A stretch of DNA of 64,000 nt from Pyrinomonadaceae bacterium (GCA_046313635.1 JBKBYA010000002.1:1-64000); one strand, 5' to 3'; shown: positions 43,106 through 53,253, counted from the stretch's first letter. The notes: generated from the sequence alone by a model not told the origin. Numbers and translations: made by a program.

Positions 43106-43576
43106 ATGGACGGATGGCACGAAACTGAGATCCGCGTTCGATACGCTGAGACGGATCAGATGGGCATCGTGCATCACTCGAATTACCTCGTGTGGTTCGA
43201 GCTCGGGCGGAGCGAGCTTTGCCGCTCGCGCGGGTTTTCGTACCGCGATATGGAGCGTAAGGGCAACGCGCTGCTCGTCGTAGCGGAGTCGTATGTGCGA
43301 TACAAATCGCCTGCATATTACGAGGATGTGCTCACCATCCGGACAAAGGTCAGCGAAGTTCGCAGCCGTTCGATACGATTCAACTACGAGCTCTACCGGC
43401 CGTCTGACGCCGCTCTGCTGGCCGAGGGCGAGACGCTGCACCTGGTCACGGACCGCGATAAAAAGGTGCGCACGCTGCCCGAAGCGTATCGCGTCCTGCT
43501 GGCCGAGCCGCTTGTCGATCCTTCGTCGAGTGTGCCGGCGCACGAGCCGGAGATCGCCGCTGCAGACCCGACTTGA
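43106..43576 (+). CDS. YbgC/FadM-family acyl-CoA thioesterase
   Basis: RVRYAETDQMGIVHHSNYLVWFELGR. Confidence 0.9.
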   Translation: MDGWHETEIRVRYAETDQMGIVHHSNYLVWFELGRSELCRSRGFSYRDMERKGNALLVVAESYVRYKSPAYYEDVLTIRTKVSEVRSRSIRFNYELYRPSDAALLAEGETLHLVTDRDKKVRTLPEAYRVLLAEPLVDPSSSVPAHEPEIAAADPT

Positions 43577-43607
43577 ATCTCCACTCACCTGAACCTACAC
43601 TCAGATC

Positions 43608-43781
43608 ATGCCTGGTTCTTCGCTTGCCGAGATACTCTTCATCGCGATGATGATGATACTGATTCTCGTGCTCTGTACGGCTGCGGTTTACTTCTTTTTC
43701 CGAACTTACAGAAAGGAAATGCGGGAGAGGGAAGAGCTCGCCCGTCACAAGCGTGAAAGGCAGCGAGAGGAGCAGGCCTGA
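43608..43781 (+). CDS. Small single-TM membrane protein, 57 aa, not in the ORF track
   Basis: Manual translation MPGSSLAEILFIAMMMILILVLCTAAVYFFFRTYRKEMREREELARHKRERQREEQA; preceded by TTGAAT-17 nt-TACACT-6 nt-ATG. Confidence 0.7.
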   Translation: MPGSSLAEILFIAMMMILILVLCTAAVYFFFRTYRKEMREREELARHKRERQREEQA

Positions 43782-43789
43782 GCTTCGCT

Positions 43790-44344
43790 ATGCCGCACCC
43801 GCGAATATTGGACATTGCAAGGTCGGCGCTGATGGTCGTCGACGTGCAGGAAGCGTTTCGCAAGGCGATACCCGACTTTCCGCTGCTGGCGTCGAGAGCG
43901 GCGACCGCGGTGCGAGGCTTTGCGCTACTCGGCCGGCCGGTCGTCATTACCGAACAGTATCCCAAGGGACTGGGCCGCACCGCCGAGGAGATACGTATGA
44001 CGCTCGACGACGACTTTCACTTTGTCGAAAAGAGCGAATTCAGCGGCTGCCTCGCAACGGTCGTCGACGATCTGCGGGGCCGCGGGGTCTCGCAGGTATG
44101 CGTGTGCGGCATCGAGGCGCACATTTGCGTGAATCAGACCGTTCACGGCCTGCTAGACGCAGGATTTGAGGTCCACGTACTCGCCGACGCCGTGGCCTCG
44201 CGCACCGACGAGAATCGGGCGATCGCTCTCGCAAAGATGTCGTCGAGCGGCGCCGTGCTCTCATCGGTCGAGATGGCGCTCTTCGAGATGCTGGGCGACT
44301 CGCGGCACGAGAGATTCAGAGAGGTGCAGGATCTCATCAAATAG
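43790..44344 (+). CDS. Isochorismatase-family hydrolase
   Basis: VVDVQE, TEQYPKGLGRT, GIEAHICVNQT, DAVASR. Confidence 0.9.
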   Translation: MPHPRILDIARSALMVVDVQEAFRKAIPDFPLLASRAATAVRGFALLGRPVVITEQYPKGLGRTAEEIRMTLDDDFHFVEKSEFSGCLATVVDDLRGRGVSQVCVCGIEAHICVNQTVHGLLDAGFEVHVLADAVASRTDENRAIALAKMSSSGAVLSSVEMALFEMLGDSRHERFREVQDLIK

Positions 44345-44383
44345 CGGCACGTGACAGCATTGCCGCCTCACTAGAGTTTTCTA

Positions 44384-46807
44384 ATGGATCTGCTTTCTTC
44401 GCTAAACCCCCAGCAGGCCGAGGCCGTCAAGACGACCGAGGGCCCGCTGCTCATACTCGCCGGCGCCGGCTCGGGCAAGACGCGCGTGATCACGGTACGC
44501 ATCGCGTACCTGATCGCCGAGAGGGGCGTCGCGCCGCACAACATCCTCGCCGTGACCTTTACAAACAAGGCCGCGGGCGAGATGCGCAGCCGTATCGAGC
44601 ATTTGCTCAAGGACCAAAAGCTCCAGTCCGCGCCGCTGATCTCGACGTTTCACAGCCTCTGCGTGCGCATTCTGCGGCAGGACATAGAGAAGCTCGACGA
44701 GCGCTACACAAGGTCGTTCACGATCTACGACACCGACGACTCGCAAAAGGTCGTCAAGGCGTGCATAAAGGAACTCGGCATAGACGAAAAGCAGCTGCCC
44801 GCCCGACTCGTCCGCAACGCCATCAGCAGCGCAAAGAACTCCGGCCGCAATGCCGAGGATTTTGCCACCCAGACCGAGTACACCGACGAGAAGCGCGCGG
44901 CGATCTCGCGCGTCTTCAGGATGTACGACCAGCGGCTGCAAAATGCGAACGCGCTCGATTTTGACGACCTGCTGATCAAGACCGTCACGCTGCTCCGCCG
45001 GTCCGACGAGACGCGGCAAAAGTACAACGACCGTTTCAAATACATCCTCGTCGACGAGTACCAGGACACGAACGAGCTGCAGTTCAACCTCATCAGCTTC
45101 CTGACGGAAAAGCAGCAGAACATCTGCGTTGTCGGCGACGACGCGCAGAGCATCTACGGGTTTCGGCAGGCGGACATTCGCAACATTCTCGAGTTTGAAT
45201 CGTACTTTCCCGACGCCAAGGTCATCCTGCTCGAGCAGAACTACCGCTCGACGCAGACGATCCTCGACGCCGCGCACGCGATCATCGAAAAGAACGTCAA
45301 CCAGAAAAAGAAAAAGCTCTGGACCTCGAATCCCGGCGGCGAAAAGCTCTACTACTATCAGGCCCTCGACGGCGACAGCGAGGCCCGCTTTGTCGCGTCG
45401 AAGATCGAGGAGCACCTGCGGCGCGATCAGAACGCGCGCCTCGCCGTGCTTTACCGCACGAACGCGCAGTCGCGGCTTTTCGAAGAAGCTCTGCGTCGGC
45501 GCCGGATCGAGTACAACATCGTCGGCGGATTTTCGTTCTACGAGCGGGCCGAGGTCAAGGACATTGTCGCGTATCTCAAGCTGGCGATGAATCCGTTTGA
45601 CGACATCGCGCTGCTGCGCGTGATAAACGTACCGCCGCGCGGCATCGGCAAGACGTCGCTAGACGAGATCCAAAAACAAGCGAGGCATCGCGGCTCTTCG
45701 CTCTGGATGACGATCGCGACGCTGACCGATCCCGCGTTGACCGAGAACGTAAACCTCACGCCGCGTGCAAAAGAGGCTCTTCGTGCGTTTCGCAAGACGA
45801 TCGAGCGGCTGCACATGCGGATCGTCGAGCCGAGCCTCGCCGAAAAGCCTGTTTCGGATGTCGTCGTCGCCGCGATCGAAGAGACCGGCTACGCCGGAAT
45901 GCTCCGCGCGGAAGGCACCGACGAGGCCGAAGCTCGGCTCGAGAACCTTGAAGAGCTGGTCAACGCCGCCGTCGATTACGACCGCGACCGCGAGAGCGGC
46001 CTGCGTGATTTTGTCGATCACGCCGCGCTGACCTCCGACACCGACAGCTACGACCGCAACGCTCCCGTGACGCTCATGACGGTGCATTCGGCCAAGGGGT
46101 TGGAATTTCCCGTCGTCTTTCTCGTCGGGCTCGAGGACGGGATCTTTCCGCATTCGCGCAGCATCAACGATCCAAAGGAGCTCGAAGAGGAGCGGCGTCT
46201 CGCGTACGTCGCCATCACGCGGGCCGAGAAGACGCTCTACGTCACGCACTCGATGCGCCGCCGCGTGTACGGCGAGGAGATCGTCGCCGAGCCGTCGCAG
46301 TTCCTCAACGAATTGCCGCTCGAGCTGATACACGATCTCTCTGACGGACCGTCTTGGCTCTCGTATGCGACGGGCAGCCGCGGTTTTGCCGCGTCGGCCG
46401 GCGGCGGGAGAGGCTCCCGTTCCGAAGAAAGTCTGCCGGCCCCGAAGCCGAAGAATCTCTACACCGGCAAGACGTACAACAGCGCCGACGCGATCGCCGA
46501 GTTCTTTAAAAAGCGCGGGCCCGGACTGAAGCGCGAGACCTCGGCTCCGGACGAGAGGCCCCAGCCCAAGTCTCCTTCATCTCCATACGAGCGGCTCAAG
46601 GCCGCGGGCTCAGGCCGCCCGCCTGCCGAGGCGGACGCCTCCGGATCGGGTTTTACGCCGGGAACGCATGTCCTGCACGAAAAATACGGCCGCGGGCTCG
46701 TTCTTCGCCGCGAGGGATCGGGCGACAACGTAAAGCTCACGATCAGCTTTTCTGGCTACGGTCAAAAGAAGCTGATCGAGAAGTACGCCAACCTGCAGCG
46801 GGCATAA
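44384..46807 (+). CDS. pcrA: ATP-dependent DNA helicase PcrA/UvrD
   Basis: AGAGSGKT, VDEYQD, LEQNYRS, TVHSAKGLEF, EERRLAYVAITRA and a C-terminal Tudor-like domain. Confidence 0.95.
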   Translation: MDLLSSLNPQQAEAVKTTEGPLLILAGAGSGKTRVITVRIAYLIAERGVAPHNILAVTFTNKAAGEMRSRIEHLLKDQKLQSAPLISTFHSLCVRILRQDIEKLDERYTRSFTIYDTDDSQKVVKACIKELGIDEKQLPARLVRNAISSAKNSGRNAEDFATQTEYTDEKRAAISRVFRMYDQRLQNANALDFDDLLIKTVTLLRRSDETRQKYNDRFKYILVDEYQDTNELQFNLISFLTEKQQNICVVGDDAQSIYGFRQADIRNILEFESYFPDAKVILLEQNYRSTQTILDAAHAIIEKNVNQKKKKLWTSNPGGEKLYYYQALDGDSEARFVASKIEEHLRRDQNARLAVLYRTNAQSRLFEEALRRRRIEYNIVGGFSFYERAEVKDIVAYLKLAMNPFDDIALLRVINVPPRGIGKTSLDEIQKQARHRGSSLWMTIATLTDPALTENVNLTPRAKEALRAFRKTIERLHMRIVEPSLAEKPVSDVVVAAIEETGYAGMLRAEGTDEAEARLENLEELVNAAVDYDRDRESGLRDFVDHAALTSDTDSYDRNAPVTLMTVHSAKGLEFPVVFLVGLEDGIFPHSRSINDPKELEEERRLAYVAITRAEKTLYVTHSMRRRVYGEEIVAEPSQFLNELPLELIHDLSDGPSWLSYATGSRGFAASAGGGRGSRSEESLPAPKPKNLYTGKTYNSADAIAEFFKKRGPGLKRETSAPDERPQPKSPSSPYERLKAAGSGRPPAEADASGSGFTPGTHVLHEKYGRGLVLRREGSGDNVKLTISFSGYGQKKLIEKYANLQRA

Positions 46808-46873
46808 ATATTGCTTAAAAATAAAAGCGAATAATTGTGTATTGATCCGAAGCAGAGGATCGGGAGGGACAGT

Positions 46874-47776
46874 ATGCGCAAACTTGGTATCGTAGCGGTC
46901 TCGGCCGCTGCCTTGCTCGCCTTGAACGGCTGCGGCGGGACGGTTTCGACCGGCAACACCAATCTTACAGCGGTCAATGCGAACGCAAGCATCGCGAACT
47001 CGGTAGCAAATTCTAACATCGATGCAGTCGCCGGCACGACCGGCGGCTCGACGGTCGAGGCCCGTGAGCCCGAGCAGTATCAGGCCAATATCAGGCTCAG
47101 CCTGCAGACGATGGGCGGCAGTCAGAACGTAAGCGTCCCGACGCTGGCCGCGGTCGTGGCCCGTTCGGGTGCGGACCGCGTGATGCAGTTCACGCTGCCG
47201 AACAACGAGAAGGTGATCTATCTCGACAAGGCCGGCACCAACTATCTTATTCTCCCGAACCGACGCCAGTACGCCGAATTGAACAAGGAATCGCTGGGCT
47301 TTGAAGTACGGCGGATGCTGATGCCCGAGCAGGTCGTCGCTCAGGTCAAGGGCCTGCCCGGCGTCAAGCTCGCCGGCGAAGAGGTCGTCAGCGGCCGCGA
47401 GGTCGTCAAATATACGTATCAGGCCGTAACTAATACGCAGACACAGGCCGGCAGCGTCGGCACCGAATCGGTGATCCTCGTCGATAAGCAGACCGGCCTG
47501 CCGCTGCGAAGCGAGACGGTGTCGCAGACGCAGTCGGGAGCGAACGTTCAAGGCGTCAGCGGCGTACGCGTCGTCACCGAGATGACCGACATCAGCACGA
47601 CGCCCGACGCGGCTCTCTTTACGCTGCCTGAGGGTTATCAAAAGATCGATCCTGAAACCGTGAAGGCACAGGTGCAAGCCGTCTTCAGCATCGTCGGCAG
47701 CTTTATCGGCCAGGCGATGAATAACCAGCAGCCGCCGGCCGCAAATTCGAATGCGGCCGCGAACTCCAACCGCTAA
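46874..47776 (+). CDS. Hypothetical lipoprotein (beta-rich, possibly LolA-like)
   Basis: Lipobox LALNGC and an Asn-rich linker; fold is a guess. Confidence 0.65.
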   Translation: MRKLGIVAVSAAALLALNGCGGTVSTGNTNLTAVNANASIANSVANSNIDAVAGTTGGSTVEAREPEQYQANIRLSLQTMGGSQNVSVPTLAAVVARSGADRVMQFTLPNNEKVIYLDKAGTNYLILPNRRQYAELNKESLGFEVRRMLMPEQVVAQVKGLPGVKLAGEEVVSGREVVKYTYQAVTNTQTQAGSVGTESVILVDKQTGLPLRSETVSQTQSGANVQGVSGVRVVTEMTDISTTPDAALFTLPEGYQKIDPETVKAQVQAVFSIVGSFIGQAMNNQQPPAANSNAAANSNR

Positions 47777-47780
47777 AGCG

Positions 47781-48491
47781 ATGGGACGACTGCTGCTCGG
47801 ACTATTGATCGGCATCTTGCTCGGCGGCGGGCTGAGCTACTTTTTGCTTGTCGGTACGCCGCGGTCGTCGCCGCCGCCCGGAGAGCCGATGCGGCCGCCC
47901 GACGCGTCGGCGATGCCGCCGGGCACGGCGCAGATCGTCTTGCGGCAGGACTTTTTTAACGGCGTTCTAAATACGGTTTTCAGCGAGATGAACCCGCCGG
48001 TCTTCGCACTCGACCGCGGCGGCCGCAACGGCGAATGTCCGAGTCAGCTGACCATTCTTCGACAGGGCAGCGGAGCGGAGAGCATTGTCAGGCTCGAGGG
48101 CGAGCGGCTCGGGGCGAATCTCGCCTTTAACGGCAATTACAATTCGCCCGTCGGCTGCATCGCATTCTCGGGTTGGGCCGATTCTAATTTTGAGCTCCGG
48201 TACGATCCGGCCAATAAGAGCGTCTTTGGCCAGCTCAACGTCGCCAACGTCAACCTCGACGGCGTCAATCCGATCTTTGCGCCGCTGATCACGCCGATCA
48301 TCCAATCGACCATCAACTCGCGGGTCAATCCTATCCCGATCGTCGACGGCGCTCGGCTGTCGCTCAATATCCCCATGGCGGCCGCCGGCGGAGAGCTGAA
48401 CGCCGTCATCTCGGACGTCCGCGGCGAGGTGAAAGACAACGCCCTGAATCTGTATGTTGTTTATGACTTCAGCGGCCGCGTCGCGAGGTGA
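47781..48491 (+). CDS. Hypothetical membrane-anchored protein
   Basis: N-terminal hydrophobic helix and Pro-rich linker; 4 bp after the previous gene. Confidence 0.65.
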   Translation: MGRLLLGLLIGILLGGGLSYFLLVGTPRSSPPPGEPMRPPDASAMPPGTAQIVLRQDFFNGVLNTVFSEMNPPVFALDRGGRNGECPSQLTILRQGSGAESIVRLEGERLGANLAFNGNYNSPVGCIAFSGWADSNFELRYDPANKSVFGQLNVANVNLDGVNPIFAPLITPIIQSTINSRVNPIPIVDGARLSLNIPMAAAGGELNAVISDVRGEVKDNALNLYVVYDFSGRVAR

Positions 48492-48551
48492 TCGGCTGCG
48501 ATCCGGCGGCGGCGTGAGAGCGAGCTATCATTTGGCCATGTCGGATGCGCA

Positions 48552-48941
48552 ATGTTGAGACCGTTCACGATATCGTTGATCCTGCTGTCGGCGTTTATCT
48601 CGAACGGCTGTTCTCGACCTGCGGACGACGGAGCCGCCGCATCGACCCCGGTCCCGGCCGCGAACTCCTATACTGCAAGCGATGCCTCAGGAACTTTCGC
48701 CGCCGCGACCGGAGTTCCTGCTTGTGACGAGGCGATCGCGCTTCTCCGTGCGGAGCTCGACCTGCCGGACGAGAACGACGTCGCCCGTGCGATGAAGGCT
48801 GCGGCCCTCGGCCGGATCGAGGACAAGATCAGGTTAGCGATCGACCAGCACAAGGCCGACCGATCGCGCCTAGCTGCACGATGTCGCGAGATCGAACGTG
48901 AACTGACAAGGTACAAGCCCAGGGAAGCTGTCGATAAATAG
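48552..48941 (+). CDS. Hypothetical lipoprotein
   Basis: Lipobox-like ISNGC, TGVPACD and a second Cys in a helical domain. Confidence 0.55.
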   Translation: MLRPFTISLILLSAFISNGCSRPADDGAAASTPVPAANSYTASDASGTFAAATGVPACDEAIALLRAELDLPDENDVARAMKAAALGRIEDKIRLAIDQHKADRSRLAARCREIERELTRYKPREAVDK

Positions 48942-48960
48942 CTCTCGGTCTTACGGACAC

Positions 48961-48995
48961 AAAAACAAGAGGCCCGCCAAAATCAGGCGGGCCTC
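48961..48995 (-). terminator. Terminator after frr
   Basis: GAGGCCCGCC/GGCGGGCCTC stem with a minus-strand U-tract. Confidence 0.75.
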
Positions 48996-49017
48996 CGTCG
49001 CATTTGCAAAGCCGTGT

Positions 49018-49578
49018 CTAGACGCTCATGATCTCGTGCTCTTTATTCTTGGCGAGCTCGTCGATCTTTGCGATGAAATTGTTTGTCAGCTTTTGGACCT
49101 CGTCGAGGCCGCGGCGTTCCTCGTCCTCCGAGATCGCCTTGTCCTTGAGCAGCCTTTTCAGCGAATCGTTGGACGCGTGACGCACGTTGCGGATCGCGAC
49201 GCGATGGTCCTCGGCGACCTCGCCGACCTGTTTAGCGAGCTGCCTGCGGCGCTCCTCGTTGAGCGGCGGGACGGGAAGCCGGATGACCTTGCCGTCGTTT
49301 GACGGCGTGAGGCCGAGGTTTGCGCCGATGATCGCCTTTTCGACGGCGTTCAGCTGCGAAATGTCCCACGGCTGCACGGTTATGAGCTGCGGTTCGGGCA
49401 CGGCGACCGAGGCCATCTGATTGAGCGGCGTCGGCGAGCCGTAATAATCGACGACGACGCTGTCGAGCAGCCCGACGGTCGCGCGGCCGGTACGGATGTT
49501 TGCAAGCTTGCGTTTGAAGTCTTCGACGACGGCGTCCATCTTGGGGCGCGTCTCTTTGATCACATCATCTACGGTCAT
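49018..49578 (-). CDS. frr: Ribosome recycling factor
   Basis: IRTGRA, YYGSPTPLNQMA, PPLNEERR, RVAIRNVR. Confidence 0.96.
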   Translation of the reverse strand: MTVDDVIKETRPKMDAVVEDFKRKLANIRTGRATVGLLDSVVVDYYGSPTPLNQMASVAVPEPQLITVQPWDISQLNAVEKAIIGANLGLTPSNDGKVIRLPVPPLNEERRRQLAKQVGEVAEDHRVAIRNVRHASNDSLKRLLKDKAISEDEERRGLDEVQKLTNNFIAKIDELAKNKEHEIMSV

Positions 49579-49585
49579 AGGTCAG

Positions 49586-50323
49586 CTATTCGAAATCGTT
49601 TGTCACTACATTTGAAACGAGCGTCCCGATAGACAGGTCGCCGCAGACGGCCTTTACGATATTGCCCGAGCGTCGCATGTTAAAGACCATTATCGGGAGG
49701 CGGTTGTCCATACAGAGCGAGATCGCGGACGAGTCCATGACCCGGAGCTGCTTTTCGAGCACCTCCTGATACGACACGCGGTCGTAGCGTTCGGCGTCGG
49801 CGTGCTTTGCGGGGTCTGCCGAATAGACTCCGTCGACCTTTGTCGCCTTGAAGATCACGTCGGCCTCGATCTCGAGAGCCCGCAGGGCCGCGGCCGTGTC
49901 GGTCGTGAAGTACGGATTGCCGGTACCGGCGGCGAAGATGACCGCACGCTTTTTCTCGAGGTGGCGTATCGCGCGTCGGCGAATGAAAGGCTCGGCGATC
50001 TGCGGCACGTCGATCGCCGAAAGCGTCCGGGTATAGACGCCGACCTTCTCGAGCGCGTCCTGCAGCACGACGGCGTTCATTATCGTCGCCATCATTCCGA
50101 TGTAGTCGGCGCTCGCTCGGTCCATATTGCCCGCCGATTCCGAGACGCCGCGAAAGATGTTGCCGCCGCCGATCACGATCGCGATCTCGACGCCGAGGTC
50201 GTGGACGGTCTTCACCTCTTCGGCAAGCGCGGCCGCGACCTTGGTATCGATGCCGTAATTCTGCTCGCCCATGAGGACCTCGCCCGAGAGCTTGAGCAAA
50301 ATTCGTTTGAATACAGGCGTCAT
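49586..50323 (-). CDS. pyrH: UMP kinase
   Basis: [40 protein letters not shown]. Confidence 0.97.
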   Translation of the reverse strand: MTPVFKRILLKLSGEVLMGEQNYGIDTKVAAALAEEVKTVHDLGVEIAIVIGGGNIFRGVSESAGNMDRASADYIGMMATIMNAVVLQDALEKVGVYTRTLSAIDVPQIAEPFIRRRAIRHLEKKRAVIFAAGTGNPYFTTDTAAALRALEIEADVIFKATKVDGVYSADPAKHADAERYDRVSYQEVLEKQLRVMDSSAISLCMDNRLPIMVFNMRRSGNIVKAVCGDLSIGTLVSNVVTNDFE

Positions 50324-50327
50324 CGTT

Positions 50328-50450
50328 AAGTTACGAAGCTGCGAAGCTGCGAAGTTACAGAGTACCAGAGTGCCGGAGCTGCAGAGGGACGGAATAATTC
50401 GTTTTGTTTTTCGACATCCTCAATTTCGCAACTCCGGTACGTCGTAACTT
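50328..50450. repeat. Inverted octamer-repeat element (AAGTTACG / CGTAACTT) between tsf and pyrH
   Basis: AAGTTACG AAGCTGCG AAGCTGCG AAGTTACA GAGTACCA GAGTGCCG GAGCTGCA ... CTCAATTT CGCAACTC CGGTACGT CGTAACTT. Confidence 0.7.
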
Positions 50451-50460
50451 TCCCAAACTT

Positions 50461-51126
50461 CTAATTGCTCGCCATCGAGGCGACCTCGGCGGCGAAGTCG
50501 TCCTGGCGCTTTTCGATGCCCTCGCCCATTTTGTAGCGAGTGAAGCGTCGGATCGTGATGTTCTCTTTGATCGACGCGATCTTTTCGGTAACAAGCTCGC
50601 CGACCGTCTTGCTCGGATCTTTGACGAAGGGCTGATCTACGAGGACGTTCTCCTCGTAGTACTTGTTCAGCCGGCCCTCGATGATCTTGTTGAGCACGTC
50701 CTCGGGCTTGTTGGCGTTCTTCGGATCGTTCTTGAGCTGCTCGCGCGTGATCTCGCGTTCTTTGTCGAGCTCGGCCGCAGGCACGTCCTCGCGGCGGACG
50801 TAACGCGGGTCTGCCGCCGCGATGTGCATCGCGACGTCCTTGACGAGCTGCTGAAACTCCTCACCGCGGGCGACGAAGTCGCTCTCGCAGTTGATCTCGA
50901 CGAGCACGCCGACCTTGCCGCCCATGTGAATGTACGACCCGACGACGCCCTCGGCCGTGACGCGGCCGGCCTTTTTGCCGGCCGTAGCCATGCCTTTTTT
51001 ACGAAGGATCTCGATCGCCGCCGCTTCGTCGCCGTTAGCCTCGACGAGAGCATTCTTACAATCGACCATTCCGGCTCCGGTCTTTTCGCGGAGCGCCTTT
51101 ACCGCGCTTGCTGTGATTTCTGCCAT
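50461..51126 (-). CDS. tsf: Elongation factor Ts (short form)
   Basis: [30 protein letters not shown]. Confidence 0.96.
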   Translation of the reverse strand: MAEITASAVKALREKTGAGMVDCKNALVEANGDEAAAIEILRKKGMATAGKKAGRVTAEGVVGSYIHMGGKVGVLVEINCESDFVARGEEFQQLVKDVAMHIAAADPRYVRREDVPAAELDKEREITREQLKNDPKNANKPEDVLNKIIEGRLNKYYEENVLVDQPFVKDPSKTVGELVTEKIASIKENITIRRFTRYKMGEGIEKRQDDFAAEVASMASN

Positions 51127-51162
51127 AACTTACTCCGATTGATCAAAAAAATATTGCCTTAC

Positions 51163-51208
51163 AAAAAAGCGTAGCCCGTTTGCCTCGAACGGAAAAGAGC
51201 TACGCTTT
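51163..51208 (-). terminator. Hairpin/attenuator between rpsB and tsf
   Basis: AAAGCGTAGC/GCTACGCTTT stem with a minus-strand U-tract. Confidence 0.55.
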
Positions 51209-51228
51209 CAAGAAATAAAAATGTCTGT

Positions 51229-52191
51229 TTAGCTGGCTGACGCTTCGCTGCTTTCTTCCGTTTGTTGTTCTTCGCGGGCCTCGACCAGATCGTCCGAGGA
51301 CATCTTCGCAACTTCCGGCCTGACCTCCGCCTCTTGATCGGCCCCGGCGATCGGGTGCGCGCCGGCGACCGTCTCGTCGCTGTGCGTCTCTTCAGCCGTC
51401 TCCCACGTGCGGTCGGCGACGGTCACCTGGATATTCTCAGCGGCGACGGTCTCGACCGCTTCACCGGCGGGAGCTTCGACCGGTGCGACGCCGCCCTCGG
51501 TCGCGATCTGCCGGCCTTCGATGATCGCGTCCGCGATCCTCGAGGCAAAGAGCCTGATCGCGCGAAGCGCGTCGTCGTTGCCCGGGATCACCTGCGTGAT
51601 GCCGTCAGGCGAGCAGTTGGTGTCGACGACCGCGACGATCGGGATGCCGAGGCGATTGGCTTCGGCGACGGCGATCTCCTCTTTGCGGACGTCGATGATA
51701 AAGAGCATGTCGGGCAGGCCGTTCATATCCTTGATGCCCTCGAGGTTCTTCATCAGGCTCGCGTGTTCGCGGTCGAGCTTGAGACGCTCTTTCTTGGTGA
51801 GCATCTCAAAGCGGCCGTCCTCTCGCATCGCTTCGATCTCTTTGAGCTTCTGGATCGACTTCTGAACGGTCTGATAGTTGGTGAGGAGGCCGCCGAGCCA
51901 GCGGTTGTTGATGTAGTACTGGCCGCAGCGGAGTGCTTCTTCTTTGATCGCGTCCTGCGCCTGGCGCTTGGTGCCGACAAAGAGGACCTTTTGATTCGGT
52001 CGCTCGGTCAGCGAGTCCTGAACGTAAGCCAACGCGTCGCGGAAAAGCTTCTGCGTTTTTTGAAGGTCAATAATATAAATGCCGTTGCGCTCGCCAAAGA
52101 TGTATTCCTTCATCTTCGGGTTCCAACGGCGGACCTGGTGACCAAAGTGAACTCCTGCCTCGAGGAGTTCTTTCATCGTTACTGTAGCCAA
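51229..52191 (-). CDS. rpsB: 30S ribosomal protein S2 with acidic C-terminal extension
   Basis: [29 protein letters not shown] start with AGGAG RBS. Confidence 0.97.
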   Translation of the reverse strand: MATVTMKELLEAGVHFGHQVRRWNPKMKEYIFGERNGIYIIDLQKTQKLFRDALAYVQDSLTERPNQKVLFVGTKRQAQDAIKEEALRCGQYYINNRWLGGLLTNYQTVQKSIQKLKEIEAMREDGRFEMLTKKERLKLDREHASLMKNLEGIKDMNGLPDMLFIIDVRKEEIAVAEANRLGIPIVAVVDTNCSPDGITQVIPGNDDALRAIRLFASRIADAIIEGRQIATEGGVAPVEAPAGEAVETVAAENIQVTVADRTWETAEETHSDETVAGAHPIAGADQEAEVRPEVAKMSSDDLVEAREEQQTEESSEASAS

Positions 52192-52253
52192 AACTATTTC
52201 TCCTTGGTTTATGTACTCGACAAGGCAATGGCCAAACCAAGCGCCCTGTCAAT

Positions 52254-52335
52254 GGATTTGCGATCTGCAATTTTCGATTTGCGATTGGAGGGCCAACTCT
52301 TTGATCGAAAATTGCAGATCGGCAATCGAAAATTC
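52254..52335. repeat. Empty inverted heptamer-repeat hairpin (CGATTTG family) between rpsI and rpsB
   Basis: CGATCTGCAATTTTCGAT pairs exactly with ATCGAAAATTGCAGATCG; same unit as the arms at 23665 and 24074. Confidence 0.85.
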
Positions 52336-52336
52336 C

Positions 52337-52729
52337 TTATCTCTTCGAGAACTGGAAGCGCTTGCGTGCTCCCTTCTGACCGTACTTCTTACGCTCTTTC
52401 TTGCGCGGGTCGCGAGTCACGAGCCCGGCCTTTTTCAGCGTAGTTCTAAAGTCGGCGTTGTACTCGAGCAGCGCGCGCGTGATCCCGTGACGGACCGCAC
52501 CGGCCTGGCCGGCGGTGCCGCCGCCGTCAACATTCACGAGGATGTCAAATTTTGCGGCCGTCTCCGTCAAACGAAGCGGCTGGCGGATGATCATCTGCAG
52601 CGCTTCGTTGGGGAAGTACGAGTTGAATTCGCGGTTGTTGACCTTGATCTCGCCCGAACCCGGTCGAAGGTAAACGCGTGCGGTCGAGGTCTTTCTGCGG
52701 CCGGTGCCGTAATACTGAATGTCTGCCAT
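52337..52729 (-). CDS. rpsI: 30S ribosomal protein S9
   Basis: [45 protein letters not shown]. Confidence 0.97.
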   Translation of the reverse strand: MADIQYYGTGRRKTSTARVYLRPGSGEIKVNNREFNSYFPNEALQMIIRQPLRLTETAAKFDILVNVDGGGTAGQAGAVRHGITRALLEYNADFRTTLKKAGLVTRDPRKKERKKYGQKGARKRFQFSKR

Positions 52730-52744
52730 ATCTTGGTAGTGGTC

Positions 52745-52799
52745 AGTGACGAGCGGCAAGTGTCGAGTCGATCGCGGTCGTCACTCGTCACTTGTCACT
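52745..52799. repeat. Inverted heptamer-repeat hairpin (AGTGACG / CGTCACT) between rplM and rpsI
   Basis: AGTGACG AGCGGCA AGTGTCG ... CGTCACT CGTCACT TGTCACT; same unit as the insert in the NagX-like gene. Confidence 0.8.
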
Positions 52800-52809
52800 T
52801 ACAACTGTT

Positions 52810-53253
52810 TTATTTGGTCTCGATGTTTACTGCCTCGGGCTTCTGTGCTGAATGACGGTGGTCTGCGTCCGCGTAAACCTTGAGCTTCTTGGCCATCGCG
52901 CGTCCGAGCTTGGTTTTCGGCAGCATGCCCTTGACGGCCAGCTCGATCACACGCTCGGGATTTTTTTCGAACATGTCCTTGACCGAGACCTCGCGGAGAC
53001 CTCCCGGGAAGAGCGTGTGGCGGCGATAGACCTTTTGGTCATTCTTGGAGCCCTTGAAAATTGCGTGGCGGGCGTTGATCACGACGCAGTGATCGCCCAT
53101 GTCCAAAAAGGGCGTCCATTGCGGATTGTTTTTGCCCGAGATGATCCTCGCTACCTCGGTGGCGAGGCGGCCGACCGTTTTTCCCTTAGCGTCGACGACG
53201 AACCACTTCCGGTTATCGGCCAGACCTTTTCCGCTTGGAATAAAAGTACTCAT
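52810..53253 (-). CDS. rplM: 50S ribosomal protein L13
   Basis: WFVVDA, GRLATEVA, GDHCVVINA, AVKGMLPK, HSAQKP; promoter-like TTGACC-17 nt-TACTCT upstream. Confidence 0.97.
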   Translation of the reverse strand: MSTFIPSGKGLADNRKWFVVDAKGKTVGRLATEVARIISGKNNPQWTPFLDMGDHCVVINARHAIFKGSKNDQKVYRRHTLFPGGLREVSVKDMFEKNPERVIELAVKGMLPKTKLGRAMAKKLKVYADADHRHSAQKPEAVNIETK

